The position numbers and the translations under genes are program-made. The notes below the pieces were generated by a model. It was not told the origin of the DNA and did not search any database. It was given only the letters and a program-made list of their open reading frames with translations. DNA of 64,000 nt from Candidatus Moraniibacteriota bacterium (GTDB lineage: Bacteria; Patescibacteriota; Minisyncoccia; Moranbacterales; GCA-2747515), in the NCBI GenBank assembly GCA_040772365.1, contig JAXGYI010000001.1, forward strand, positions 5,416-69,415, read 5' to 3'. This document shows, piece after piece, positions 28,051-38,368 of this stretch (position 1 is the first letter of the stretch; each line of letters starts with the position of its first letter).

Positions 28051-29919
28051 TTACAGCTCTTTGTTTTTATCGTCAACGTTTTGTGGGGCAGCGTTGGGAT
28101 CCTTGCCTTCCATCATGCGGGCAAATTCTTCTTTTTCAATCGTCTCTTTATCTAAAAGACGTTCTGCTACAGCGTCAAGAATAGAGCGTTTCTCTGTGAG
28201 GATCGTACGTGCTCTTTGCTGCGCATCACTGAGAATTGTGGTCACTTCACGATCAATGGCCTCTGCAGATTTTTCTGAATAGTCTTTCTCTTCCGCAACT
28301 TCGCGTCCTAGGAAGATTACATCCTCATTTTTACCAAATGTGCGGATGCCAAGGCTGCTCATACCGTAACGCGTGACGATGTTGCGTGCCATGTGTGTTG
28401 CGCGCTTAAGGTCGTTAGATGGTCCGGTTGTAACATCACCAAACACTAATTCTTCCGCAACGTAGCCACCGAGAAACATAGATAACTCATCGAGGAAGTA
28501 GGCGCGTGAATGGAGACTCTTATCTTTTTCTGGGACAGCTAGTGTGTATCCACCAGCACTACCACGTGAAATAATAGACACCTTGTGTACGGGATCAGTG
28601 TGCGTGAGGCTTGCGCCAACAATAGCGTGCCCAGCCTCATGGTAGGCAACAATTTTTTTCTCTTGGTCGTTCAAGCGATTGTTTTTATGTGCTGGTCCAA
28701 GGAGAACTTTTTCAATAGAGTCTACAATATCAATCATGGCAACCTCTTTTTTATTACGTCGTCCAGCAAGTAGAGCCCCTTCATTCATCAAGTTCATCAG
28801 GTCCGCTCCGGAGAAGCCTACTGTGCGCTGTGCAATACGCTCTAAATCTACATCTGCGGCAAGTTTTTTTCCTTGTGCGTGAATAGCAAGGATGGCTTTA
28901 CGATCCTCAATATCCGGAAGGTCAACAGTGACACGGCGGTCAAAGCGGCCAGGACGCAGGAGTGCCGGATCTAAAACATCAGGACGATTGGTTGCTGCCA
29001 TAACAATCACGTTTGTCTGATTGTCAAAGCCATCCATTTCTACAAGAATCTGGTTTAATGTTTGCTCGCGTTCATCATGACCGCCGCCAAGGCCGGTTCC
29101 GCGTTGGCGTCCGACCGCATCAATTTCATCAATGAATACAATTGCGGGAGCATGTTTTTTTGCTTGCTTGAAGAGGTCGCGTACGCGTGATGCACCGACA
29201 CCAACAAACATTTCAACAAATTCTGAGCCACTAATAGAGAAAAATGGCACACCGGCCTCACCAGCAACAGCTCGGGCAAGGAGTGTTTTTCCTGTTCCGG
29301 GACGACCAAGAAGTAAAACACCTTTAGGAATTTTTGCACCCAGATCACGAAACTTTTTCGGCTCCTTAAGGAAGTCAACAATTTCAATCAGCTCTTCCTT
29401 CGCTTCTTTATTACCGGCAACATCGCTAAATCGCGTGCGATTTTTTGGGTCTTTTGGGTCAATCATGCGGGCACGTGATGTTCCAAACATCATTGCTTGA
29501 TTATTTCCACGCATAGCCTGCTTCATCATGAAGATGATGAGAGCGCCAATAATAATGATAGGAAGTAGTGCGGGAATGAGAAGTGTGCTCCACATGGACC
29601 ACCCGGAACGGGTTTCTACAGTGATAGGGACATTTTTAAGCTTTTCGTGATCAACGCCAAAGTTGCGCAATGTCTCTGTGAGACTAGCATCTGCTTCCTT
29701 GTTTGTTTTTTGTTCCTTACCATCTTTTAGTGTTGCTGTAACCTTATTATCAGCAGAAACAGAAATTTTTTCAATTTTTTCCTCATTAATCTCTTGGGAT
29801 AATTGTGTGAGAGAAATCTCTTCGGGCTTTTCTTTTGATCCTGTTGAAAGAAATACAAACATGAGCAGTACCATGCTCACGATGATAATGAGGGAAGAAT
29901 TTTTGATAAGCTTATCCAT
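28051..29919 (-). CDS. ftsH: ATP-dependent zinc metalloprotease FtsH
   Basis: Two TMs, [25 protein letters not shown]. Confidence 0.97.
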   Translation of the reverse strand: MDKLIKNSSLIIIVSMVLLMFVFLSTGSKEKPEEISLTQLSQEINEEKIEKISVSADNKVTATLKDGKEQKTNKEADASLTETLRNFGVDHEKLKNVPITVETRSGWSMWSTLLIPALLPIIIIGALIIFMMKQAMRGNNQAMMFGTSRARMIDPKDPKNRTRFSDVAGNKEAKEELIEIVDFLKEPKKFRDLGAKIPKGVLLLGRPGTGKTLLARAVAGEAGVPFFSISGSEFVEMFVGVGASRVRDLFKQAKKHAPAIVFIDEIDAVGRQRGTGLGGGHDEREQTLNQILVEMDGFDNQTNVIVMAATNRPDVLDPALLRPGRFDRRVTVDLPDIEDRKAILAIHAQGKKLAADVDLERIAQRTVGFSGADLMNLMNEGALLAGRRNKKEVAMIDIVDSIEKVLLGPAHKNNRLNDQEKKIVAYHEAGHAIVGASLTHTDPVHKVSIISRGSAGGYTLAVPEKDKSLHSRAYFLDELSMFLGGYVAEELVFGDVTTGPSNDLKRATHMARNIVTRYGMSSLGIRTFGKNEDVIFLGREVAEEKDYSEKSAEAIDREVTTILSDAQQRARTILTEKRSILDAVAERLLDKETIEKEEFARMMEGKDPNAAPQNVDDKNKEL

Positions 29920-29967
29920 AGTACTATATCAGAAATAGTTAGTAAAAATATACAACAAGAGAAGTGT

Positions 29968-30924
29968 TCATTTCTTCGTATGTACAAGGTATACTGTATC
30001 ATTTTTTTTTGTGAGTTTCAAGTGTTTGCTTGTAAATCTTGGTGTTTTTGTCTTTGTACTAGAAATAATTTTACGTAACTCATCAATGTGGCTTTTTGTA
30101 ATATGTGGAGATTGGTCGCACAATGCTGTAATGATTGTGTGCAGGGCGTTACGCTGCTCTGGTAGTGAAAGTGATGCAAAGTGTTTCGCGGAGAACGTAG
30201 TTGTATGAGATGCATGATCAATGTGCCAAAATGGTGGTGGTGTTGTAGAGTGCTCTAAGATATGTGCTGTACGGGCAAGAGTTGCGACGATATTGGGATT
30301 GTAATATCGTGCGAGATAGGGGATGAGATGATGGCGAATACGGTTGCGAGTGTAGGAGAGATCGGTGTTTGTGACGTCAATGCGGAAAGGGATATCTTGC
30401 GCGACGAGATAGTCATGTACAGTGGCACGTGATACTTCAAGAAGTGGGCGCGCAATATGTGTGGAGGACATAAATGTCATACCACGCAGACCACGCAGAC
30501 CTGTTCCACGCAATAGGTGTAGGAGAATGGTTTCTGCTTGATCATTCTGTGTGTGGGCAACGATGGTGGCACAGGCATGATAGCGTATGCGCAGTTCTTC
30601 AAAAAATGCATAACGTGTCTTACGTAGTGCATTTTCAGATGTGCTATGATTTTTTTTTACATGGAGAGTATGGTAGTGCATGCCATACCGTTTTGCAGTC
30701 TTGGCAACAAGTTGTTCATCAGCATTAGAATCTGCGTTGCGTAAATGGTAGTTAACATGTGCAACGATAATAGTTAAATGCTCTTTACGTGCAATGCGCA
30801 TCATGATATCCAGTAGACACATACTATCTGGTCCGCCGGATACACCAATGATGAGCGTAGCGCCGTCGTGCCACATATGGTGTATTGCATTTTTATGCTG
30901 AACATGGAGGACAAGGTTTTTCAT
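29968..30924 (-). CDS. tilS: tRNA(Ile)-lysidine synthetase
   Basis: SGGPDS, AHTQNDQAET, RNRIRH; upstream of ftsH. Confidence 0.95.
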   Translation of the reverse strand: MKNLVLHVQHKNAIHHMWHDGATLIIGVSGGPDSMCLLDIMMRIARKEHLTIIVAHVNYHLRNADSNADEQLVAKTAKRYGMHYHTLHVKKNHSTSENALRKTRYAFFEELRIRYHACATIVAHTQNDQAETILLHLLRGTGLRGLRGMTFMSSTHIARPLLEVSRATVHDYLVAQDIPFRIDVTNTDLSYTRNRIRHHLIPYLARYYNPNIVATLARTAHILEHSTTPPPFWHIDHASHTTTFSAKHFASLSLPEQRNALHTIITALCDQSPHITKSHIDELRKIISSTKTKTPRFTSKHLKLTKKNDTVYLVHTKK

Positions 30925-30938
30925 GAGAAAAAATAATA

Positions 30939-31517
30939 CTAGGATGTTGTGCGACTGTGTTTGCGGATAATGTCTTCAACAGCGGCAACAGCATCATCAA
31001 GGAATCCTTGGCGGTTGATAACGGTGTAATCATAGATGTCCGTGTGTTTCAACCACTCCTTGGTGTATGCCATGCGTTCTGCCACATATTCTTCCGTCAC
31101 GTCACTGCGTCTACGGATACGTTGCTCCAAGATCTCCAATGATTCTGCCATGAGAAAAATAGCAATGATGCCTGGGAATGTCTTTTTTGCTGTAATCACG
31201 CCCTTGTAATCAATTTTCCACAAGGCGATTTTATTGTGAGAGGTAATATCATCAAAGGCTCTGTGCGTTACACCGTAGTAATGTCCATTGTATTGCTGTG
31301 CCCACTCCACAAAAGCCTTCTCGGCGATCAATTTTTGAAATGTTTGCGTAGTGACAAAATGATAGGGATTTCCCTCTGATTCACCAAAACGCATGTCACG
31401 TGTCGTGGTTGTAGTTACTGTGAGGATATCGGGGTGTTTTTTTGTGAGTGCTTTGATGACGGAGTCTTCGCCAGCGCCGGATGGGCCGGAGATAATAAAA
31501 ATGTTATTGTGATTCAT
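30939..31517 (-). CDS. gmk: guanylate kinase
   Basis: GPSGAGED P-loop variant, TTR..R.GE..G.PYHF, YYG. Confidence 0.9.
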   Translation of the reverse strand: MNHNNIFIISGPSGAGEDSVIKALTKKHPDILTVTTTTTRDMRFGESEGNPYHFVTTQTFQKLIAEKAFVEWAQQYNGHYYGVTHRAFDDITSHNKIALWKIDYKGVITAKKTFPGIIAIFLMAESLEILEQRIRRRSDVTEEYVAERMAYTKEWLKHTDIYDYTVINRQGFLDDAVAAVEDIIRKHSRTTS

Positions 31518-31601
31518 AGGTAAGTGATGTAGATAAAAGTGGAATGTTGTGCGCTGTGATACAAAGCGCGCCCAGGCTGTAAGCATGAGCGCGTTGTGAG
31601 G

Positions 31602-32969
31602 CTATTTCTTGGCTGCTTTTTTCGACTCTACATCCTTTTCTTCTTTCGTCGAGGCAGTTGCATCTTTTGTGCTTTTCAACTCTTGCATTTTCTTGTCGTC
31701 AATGAGTACGAGTCCCATGCGATGTTCTTTGGGTTCAATAGAGAGGATTTTCCACATGTATTCTTTCTTGGATTCAATTTTTTCATCTAGTTTTTTGCCT
31801 GGGTACATTTCTTGGAATTCGCTGACATGCGCCAAGCCGTGGATGTCACTATCAAGATAGACAAATGCGCCAAAATGCGTTATTTTATCGACCTTGCCTT
31901 TATAGATGTTGCCAACAGTGTATTTATCTGTAATTTTTGTCCACGGATCTTCTTTCAGGGCCTTGATAGAGAGAGAAATACGTGTATCATCAATACCAAT
32001 AATTTTTGCCTCTGTTTTATCGCCGACCTTGATGACTTCACGCGGGTTATCAATAAGTTGCCACGCAAGTTCGCTAATGTGAATTAACCCCTCTAGACGA
32101 TCATCATCATCTGTGGAGTCAGTGTGTGACGGGAAGAATTTGACAAATGCACCAAAATCCACAACACCACTTACTTCACCGGTAATTGTGTCACCAACGG
32201 TGAGACCAGCAATCACCTTGCGTTCGCGGTCACTGTGCGCAGCTTTTTCGGAAACAATCAGCTTTTCATCTGTCTGATTGATGTCAATAATGCGTATATC
32301 AAGCTCTTGTCCAATGAGTCGCTTGAGGAGTTCAAGGATTTTATTTTTATCACCATCTTCTACGCGCGGGTAGTTTTTGCTAGAGAGTTGTGATACAGGT
32401 AAAAAGCCTGTGACGCCGTTAATTTCTACCATCAAACCGCCCTTATTCGCATCCATGATTTTTACGGCAATAGTTTCTTTATTGTCCATTTTTGCTTGCA
32501 GGTCATCCCATGCGCGCTCGTAGGACGCTTCACGGATAGAAAGCTCGATGTAACCGTCATCGTTATCCAAGTCAACAACGGCTGCCTGTACTTTACTGCC
32601 AGGGCGTAGTTTTGCATCCTCTGCTAAGCCGCTTTTGGCTTCGCGTCCAATCACCATACCAGTGCCGATTGGTCCAATGTCCAAAAGGACGATATTTGCA
32701 GAAATATCAATTACTGTGGCGTCAATCACATCGCCAACGCGGGGAATGTGGAGTTCTTGACCATCAAGTAATTGCTGCATTACTGATGTTGTATTTTGCG
32801 ATGTTGTAGATGCGGTTTTCTCCTTCGGCTCTGTTTGTGCTGTGGACTGATCTTGTTGTGCGGTGGTATCCGCCTGTGATGTGTCTGCTACGATGGGTTG
32901 ATCAGCTTTTTTACTTCCAGCTTTTACTTCCTCTACAATTTTGTCGAGAAGACTTTCAAGTTTTGACAT
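31602..32969 (-). CDS. rpsA: 30S ribosomal protein S1
   Basis: Four S1 repeats (GFLPVSQL, FGAFV, GLIHISEL). Confidence 0.92.
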   Translation of the reverse strand: MSKLESLLDKIVEEVKAGSKKADQPIVADTSQADTTAQQDQSTAQTEPKEKTASTTSQNTTSVMQQLLDGQELHIPRVGDVIDATVIDISANIVLLDIGPIGTGMVIGREAKSGLAEDAKLRPGSKVQAAVVDLDNDDGYIELSIREASYERAWDDLQAKMDNKETIAVKIMDANKGGLMVEINGVTGFLPVSQLSSKNYPRVEDGDKNKILELLKRLIGQELDIRIIDINQTDEKLIVSEKAAHSDRERKVIAGLTVGDTITGEVSGVVDFGAFVKFFPSHTDSTDDDDRLEGLIHISELAWQLIDNPREVIKVGDKTEAKIIGIDDTRISLSIKALKEDPWTKITDKYTVGNIYKGKVDKITHFGAFVYLDSDIHGLAHVSEFQEMYPGKKLDEKIESKKEYMWKILSIEPKEHRMGLVLIDDKKMQELKSTKDATASTKEEKDVESKKAAKK

Positions 32970-33451
32970 AGTGCATTTAGGTGCCCACGCTCCAATTGGG
33001 CGTTATGTAATTACAAATGGGGAGCAAAACATAAAAATTTCCACGATCAAAGCGGAAACCATCAAACAGTTTTCGTCGCGAGATTGTGTCATCCCCGACG
33101 TTCACACGACCGTGTGCCGCATGAATCTTCACTTGTCTAATAATTATCCTCTTTCACTGTGTCTTGTCAGTATAGGGGAAGATGGTAAAAAATGCAAGAG
33201 TTGTGTATGTGGGCAGATGCTTGGATTAAGTGCTTAGGCCCCTTAATTGTACCCTCATGTCGCATTTTTAGTGAGGATACTTCGGAGAGTGTTTGTCTCT
33301 AAGTGCTACAGCTTTGGCGCATCGTTAGGATCGTCTGCTAAAGATTGACTTTTATGCATAAAAAGAGTAAAATGTATATTCTTTAAAATTTTCATATTAA
33401 TACGTCATGTAGAATGCCATATCATTGCCAAAATCACCAGAGGAGGACACT

Positions 33452-34108
33452 ATGGATCGCATTGGTCTTGTGTTGACAGCAGGCAGTAAGAAAAACGTTT
33501 GGATGTTTGGGAAGAAGCTCCCAAACATCATCACTTGGCCGATTTTCAAAATTTTGTACCCTCTGTTCGGGGTCCGTGTCGAACTGATTCCGGAACTGAA
33601 GAAAGAGACAACTTCTCGACTGGAAACTGCTCTCGATCTCTATAATAAGGGAGTTGTGGATCAGCTCTTTCTTGCGGGGGGATATTCAAAATTTCGGCAA
33701 AAAACAACTACTGTGCTGATGAAAGAGTGGTTGGTGAACAAAGGTGTTCCCGAATGGAGTGTTTTTTATGAGAGCGGATCTCTTGATACATCCGGCAATG
33801 TGGAAAACTTCTTACATTGGATGAAACAGGGGCGCTCTCACAATCGGCGTGTTTTTGTTATTACGTCCGATTATCATCTTAAAAGAGCAGTCTCTTTTCT
33901 TGTGGAGGGAGGAGTACAGAGAAATGAGATTGTGGAGGTAGCGGCATTGCCACCGAAATTTGATAGCTTCTTTCAAAAACTCAGTGATGAGTATACGTAC
34001 AATACCATCACTGAATGTCTGAAGAGAATCGCGGGGAAAAATTCTCACATGCTTATATTCTTTAAAAAAATAGAGCGCTGTTCGCGCAATAATTATACAC
34101 AAAAGTAG
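33452..34108 (+). CDS. YdcF/DUF218 family protein
   Basis: SD AGAGGAGG; ESGSLDTSGN, ITSDYHLKRA motifs; promoter TTGACT-17-TAAAAT at 33345-33373. Confidence 0.85.
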   Translation: MDRIGLVLTAGSKKNVWMFGKKLPNIITWPIFKILYPLFGVRVELIPELKKETTSRLETALDLYNKGVVDQLFLAGGYSKFRQKTTTVLMKEWLVNKGVPEWSVFYESGSLDTSGNVENFLHWMKQGRSHNRRVFVITSDYHLKRAVSFLVEGGVQRNEIVEVAALPPKFDSFFQKLSDEYTYNTITECLKRIAGKNSHMLIFFKKIERCSRNNYTQK

Positions 34109-34270
34109 CAAGCATCACCCTGCATGTTGCATAATGCGACATGCAGGGTTTTTGTTTTTAGTGTGTTTTTTCGCGGGTTCAGGCATCTACACCCAAACCA
34201 TGTGTTTCTTTGTGTACGTGGCCTAAATACGGTTGTGACAGGCGATAGTGTCATTTGAGAAAAAACAAAA

Positions 34271-34299
34271 ACCCCGACGACAGCGATCTGTCATCGGGG
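34271..34299 (-). terminator. intrinsic terminator
   Basis: CCCCGATGACAG-ATCG-CTGTCGTCGGGG followed by T tract on minus strand. Confidence 0.8.
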
Positions 34300-34303
34300 A
34301 TAG

Positions 34304-34387
34304 TTATGATTCCTTAACGTTGCCTAGCGTACGCGCGCCACTCTCTAACAATTTCCTCCTCTGTGGCAGAAAACCCCGGTACCTCAT
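34304..34387 (-). CDS. candidate 27-aa small basic peptide
   Basis: SD AAGGAG 6 nt before ATG; MRYRGFLPQRRKLLESGARTLGNVKES; stop directly before terminator. Confidence 0.35.
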   Translation of the reverse strand: MRYRGFLPQRRKLLESGARTLGNVKES

Positions 34388-34654
34388 AGATTTCTCCTTG
34401 TGGCGGCATACCAAACCAGGTGGTATTATCGAACACTAATTTACCCCCTATTATTCGTGTAAGAAAAAGCAAAAAAATCCGCACTTGATCGTGCGTCATA
34501 CGGAGGTGAAAGCGGATAATTACCGACAATTTCTTGAGGTGTTGTGGCGGTTGGCGGAAAAGCAAGGTTAGTTTAAAAAACTATTTTTTACAAGAAACAT
34601 GCGGGAAAAGATAGTGGTGCTACAATGGTAGTATGGAGTATTATATGATGCACT

Positions 34655-35068
34655 ATGGGATCGTGGCATAAAAAACGCGTGAAGGGTGATGTGGTGGGGC
34701 ATGCGGTGGGGCGCGTGGGAGAGGATGCGGCGGCGCGGTTTTTGCAGGACAAGGGTTATACGATCGTGGCGCGCAATTGGTATAATCCGCGCGGGCGACG
34801 CGTGGGTGAGATTGATATTATTGCCAAGGATGGGTTGCAATGGGTATTTGTGGAGGTGAAGACGAGTGCTGTGCTCATTGATGCGCACCATCTGCCGCCG
34901 CAAGAGAATATTACGGTGCATAAAATGCGTAAAATGGAAGCCGCGGCACAAGCGTATTTGCGTGCGCATGATCAGTTTGATGCGTCGTGGCGCTGTGATG
35001 CTGTGGCAGTGTATATGACGGATGGTGTGGTGGTAAATATTGTGCATTTGTCACATATTTTTTCGTGA
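34655..35068 (+). CDS. yraN: YraN family nuclease
   Basis: GEDAAARFL, GEIDIIA, FVEVKT. Confidence 0.92.
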   Translation: MGSWHKKRVKGDVVGHAVGRVGEDAAARFLQDKGYTIVARNWYNPRGRRVGEIDIIAKDGLQWVFVEVKTSAVLIDAHHLPPQENITVHKMRKMEAAAQAYLRAHDQFDASWRCDAVAVYMTDGVVVNIVHLSHIFS

Positions 35069-35142
35069 ATAGATATCTTTTTACCTAGACATGTTATGTA
35101 CACCTTGGTATACTGGAGGCAGATGTTTCATTTTTTAGAACT

Positions 35143-35508
35143 ATGCATATGACACTTGATGATGCGACACGAGAGGCACTGCACAAAACATTATTGGCGG
35201 ACAAGGAGGATCTGGAAAAACAGTTAGCACGATTTGCAAAAAAAGGAGATTGTGCCGGTGGAGATTGTTATGAGACAACATTTCCGGAGGATTTAGGCAG
35301 TGAGATTGGAGAGAATGCGTCAGAAGTAGAACAATATGTGGGCAATATCGCCCTAGAGCATTCACTGGAAACGCAGTTGCGCGATGTGAATGATGCATTG
35401 GAAAAAATGGAAAAAGGTACGTACGGTATTGATGAGGAGACAGGGGAGCCAATTGCCGTAGAGCGTCTCAAGGCGTATCCTGCAGCTCGCACGAATATTT
35501 CTACATAA
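35143..35508 (+). CDS. TraR/DksA family protein lacking the four-Cys zinc finger
   Basis: Coiled coil then ALEKMEKGTYGIDEETGEPIAVERLKAYPAA. Confidence 0.88.
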   Translation: MHMTLDDATREALHKTLLADKEDLEKQLARFAKKGDCAGGDCYETTFPEDLGSEIGENASEVEQYVGNIALEHSLETQLRDVNDALEKMEKGTYGIDEETGEPIAVERLKAYPAARTNIST

Positions 35509-35522
35509 CGCTTACTCATTGT

Positions 35523-35942
35523 ATGACAACACATCATCGGATGTGGTGGTTTCTTGCAGGGGCTGTATGTGTGGGTCTTTTTGTCGTCATTGACCAACTA
35601 ATAACGCAGTATGTTGTAGCATCTGCGGTCTATCTGTGCAACAAGGGTATTGCGCTTGGCGTGATTCTCCCTCGTGCAATTTTTAGTGTAGCATGGGTTG
35701 GTATTGTCGGATTACTGGGGTGGCTGTGGTGGCGCGGTATGTTGTGGAAGCCTATAGATCATGTAGCGTTTATGATGATTTTTGCGGGAGCATGCAGCAA
35801 TCTTGTCGATCGTGTTCGTTATGGCTGTGTCATAGACTATATTCCTTTTTTTACCATATCATCATTTAATGTGGCAGATGTTTTCATCACCTGTGGCGCA
35901 GCGATTATTGCGTGGCATGTGTTTGCTGTATCACGTCGCTAA
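35523..35942 (+). CDS. lspA: signal peptidase II
   Basis: NKGIALG, SNLVDR, VIDY, FNVAD. Confidence 0.92.
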   Translation: MTTHHRMWWFLAGAVCVGLFVVIDQLITQYVVASAVYLCNKGIALGVILPRAIFSVAWVGIVGLLGWLWWRGMLWKPIDHVAFMMIFAGACSNLVDRVRYGCVIDYIPFFTISSFNVADVFITCGAAIIAWHVFAVSRR

Positions 35943-35951
35943 AAGAAGTAT

Positions 35952-37472
35952 ATGCCATCAAAAATTTTTTCTGCAGCAACAGTTGGATTACATGGGGCAA
36001 TTGTGGAGGTGGAAGTAGACGTACTGAGTAGCGGTATGCACCATTTTACGATTGTAGGGTTGCCAGATGTTTCTGTGAAGGAGTCACGGGAGCGTGTGAG
36101 TAGTGCAATTAAAAATAGCGGCTTTACACCAGCGCACCATAGTGGGCGTATTACGGTAAATCTAGCTCCTGCTGACTTGCAAAAATCCAGTCCAATTTAC
36201 GATGTGCCGATGGCATTAGGATTTTTGATGGCGACGGGACAGCTGACATTTGATTCGCAGGGAAAACTTTTTGTGGGGGAGTTAGCATTAGATGGTACAG
36301 TGCGTGGTGTGAGTGGCATCTTGCCTATCGCGCTTTTTGCCAAGGAGTCGGGCATGCAGGAAATCTATGTACCACAGGATAATGTACGTGAGGCAGCAGC
36401 AGTAGATGGGTTGATAGTGTATGGCGTTTCGTCGCTACGCGATCTTGCTGAGCATGTAATAGGGCGCGCACCGTTGATGCAGCAGGCGTATCAACCTATT
36501 ACACCTGAAATTGATATGCGTACATCGTTGGATTTTCGTGATGTGCGCGGTCATGAACATGCGAAACGTGCACTGGAAATTGCCGCTGCGGGAGGGCATA
36601 ATGTCATTTTTCATGGTCCTCCTGGGTCCGGTAAAACACTACTTGCCAAAACATTTGCATCTATTTTGCCGACATTGTCGCAGCAAGAGGTGCTGGATAT
36701 TACAAAGATTTATTCTGTTGCTGGACTGCTATCGCATAGTGAACAATTAATTACACAGCGACAATTTCGCGCACCACACCACAGTGCGTCGGCGGTATCG
36801 TTGATTGGTGGCGGTACAAATCCTAAACCTGGTGAAATTACACTTGCGCACCGTGGTGTGTTGTTTCTGGATGAGTTTGCGGAATTTCCACGCGCGGTGT
36901 TGGAAAATTTGCGACAGCCGCTGGAAGATGGCATTGTAACTATTGCACGCGCTCGGTCTCGCGTCACGTATCCGGCACACTTTATTTTAATTGCGGCAAT
37001 GAACCCGTGTCCGTGTGGTTTTGCTACAGATCCCGAAAAAAACTGTACGTGTAGCGCAGCACATATTGCACGGTATACGCAGAAAATTTCCGGACCGATT
37101 CTGGATCGCATTGATTTACATGTGGATGTACCGCGGCTGCATGTGGATAAACTGGATAGTGATGCAGTGGAGGGAGAGGGTAGTGCAACGATTCGTGCGC
37201 GGGTGGAGGCGGCGCGTGTACGGCAAAGTGCGCGATTTGGTGCACGTAATGTGATCAATGCGGAGATGAACCAAAAAGATCTTGCACGGTATTGCGTACT
37301 AGATACATCATCACGTCAAATTTTGCGTGCAGCTGCGGCGAAGTTAGATCTCAGTGCGCGTGCGTATTTTCGTATGATTAAAGTAGCGCGTACCATCGCT
37401 GATCTTGCCGGAGAAAAGAATATTGCACAGGCGCATATTGCGGAGGCATTACAATATCGGCCGAAGGTATAA
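35952..37472 (+). CDS. comM: ComM/YifB Mg-chelatase-like AAA ATPase
   Basis: GPPGSGKT, FRAPHH, LFLDE, NPCPCG, SGPILDRID. Confidence 0.95.
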   Translation: MPSKIFSAATVGLHGAIVEVEVDVLSSGMHHFTIVGLPDVSVKESRERVSSAIKNSGFTPAHHSGRITVNLAPADLQKSSPIYDVPMALGFLMATGQLTFDSQGKLFVGELALDGTVRGVSGILPIALFAKESGMQEIYVPQDNVREAAAVDGLIVYGVSSLRDLAEHVIGRAPLMQQAYQPITPEIDMRTSLDFRDVRGHEHAKRALEIAAAGGHNVIFHGPPGSGKTLLAKTFASILPTLSQQEVLDITKIYSVAGLLSHSEQLITQRQFRAPHHSASAVSLIGGGTNPKPGEITLAHRGVLFLDEFAEFPRAVLENLRQPLEDGIVTIARARSRVTYPAHFILIAAMNPCPCGFATDPEKNCTCSAAHIARYTQKISGPILDRIDLHVDVPRLHVDKLDSDAVEGEGSATIRARVEAARVRQSARFGARNVINAEMNQKDLARYCVLDTSSRQILRAAAAKLDLSARAYFRMIKVARTIADLAGEKNIAQAHIAEALQYRPKV

Positions 37473-37501
37473 GCTGCAATCATGTGAGAGATGACACTGT
37501 G

Positions 37502-38269
37502 CTATGCGCGATATTTACCGCGTAGCCAGTTCCATCGTACACGTAAGATTTGTTGTGCCATATCTAAAGATTCCTTGACGAACTTACTGCCGCGGTTTTT
37601 AGTGTCGGATACGTCCTCATCTTCCCAGTGAACGGGAACTTCTTTGATTTTATAACCACGTTTCTGTGCCATAAAAAGAAGCTCTACATCGAACGCTGTT
37701 ACAGTCCAGCCTTCAATTTTCATTGCGACAGCATCTAAGAGAGGGAAAAGTGTCTTGGCGAGGTCAGTGCGATACATTTTGAATCCACACTGCGTATCAT
37801 TGATATCGCGGAGAAGAAAGGTTTTACGAAAAAGGCGAAAGAGTGTGGATGCTGTTTTGCGTAGGAAGGAAAAATTTTCGCGCTCTGTACCGCGTGATCC
37901 AATGACAATATCATAGCCCTGATCAAAAAATGGGAGCATCTTTGTAACCTCTGAGACAGGCGTGGACATATCCATGTCTGGCGTACAGATCAAGGTGCCG
38001 CGGGCATGTCGAATGCCATTGAGGAGTCCTGCTGCCTTGCCGCCATGATCGCCCTTAATCAGTGTAAAGTGTGGATGTTGTGCTACGTACTCTGCAACAA
38101 AGGCATCACTGCCATCTGTTGATCCATCGTCATTGATGACAACTTCCCATGTATAGGGCTGTTGTTCTAAAAACGTGCGCACGTCATCCAGTACACCGCG
38201 TTCCAAATTTTTCTTCTCATTGTACTGCGTGATCACGATGGACAAAAAAATGGGCTGTGAGGATTCCAT
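37502..38269 (-). CDS. GT2 polyprenyl-phosphate glycosyltransferase
   Basis: DDGSTD, DMD, DTQCGFK, FDVELL. Confidence 0.9.
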   Translation of the reverse strand: MESSQPIFLSIVITQYNEKKNLERGVLDDVRTFLEQQPYTWEVVINDDGSTDGSDAFVAEYVAQHPHFTLIKGDHGGKAAGLLNGIRHARGTLICTPDMDMSTPVSEVTKMLPFFDQGYDIVIGSRGTERENFSFLRKTASTLFRLFRKTFLLRDINDTQCGFKMYRTDLAKTLFPLLDAVAMKIEGWTVTAFDVELLFMAQKRGYKIKEVPVHWEDEDVSDTKNRGSKFVKESLDMAQQILRVRWNWLRGKYRA

Positions 38270-38368
38270 AAGACGCTATTTTAGATAATTGCTACCTTTA
38301 GTATAAAACGAAAACATGTTTTTGCGCAATGCTTTTCTTTAGATGACGTTGTCCTTTATAATAGACAC

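Noticed and set aside
34117-34149. dif site (GCATAATG)
   Set aside because: No XerD arm; part of a terminator hairpin in an origin-proximal region
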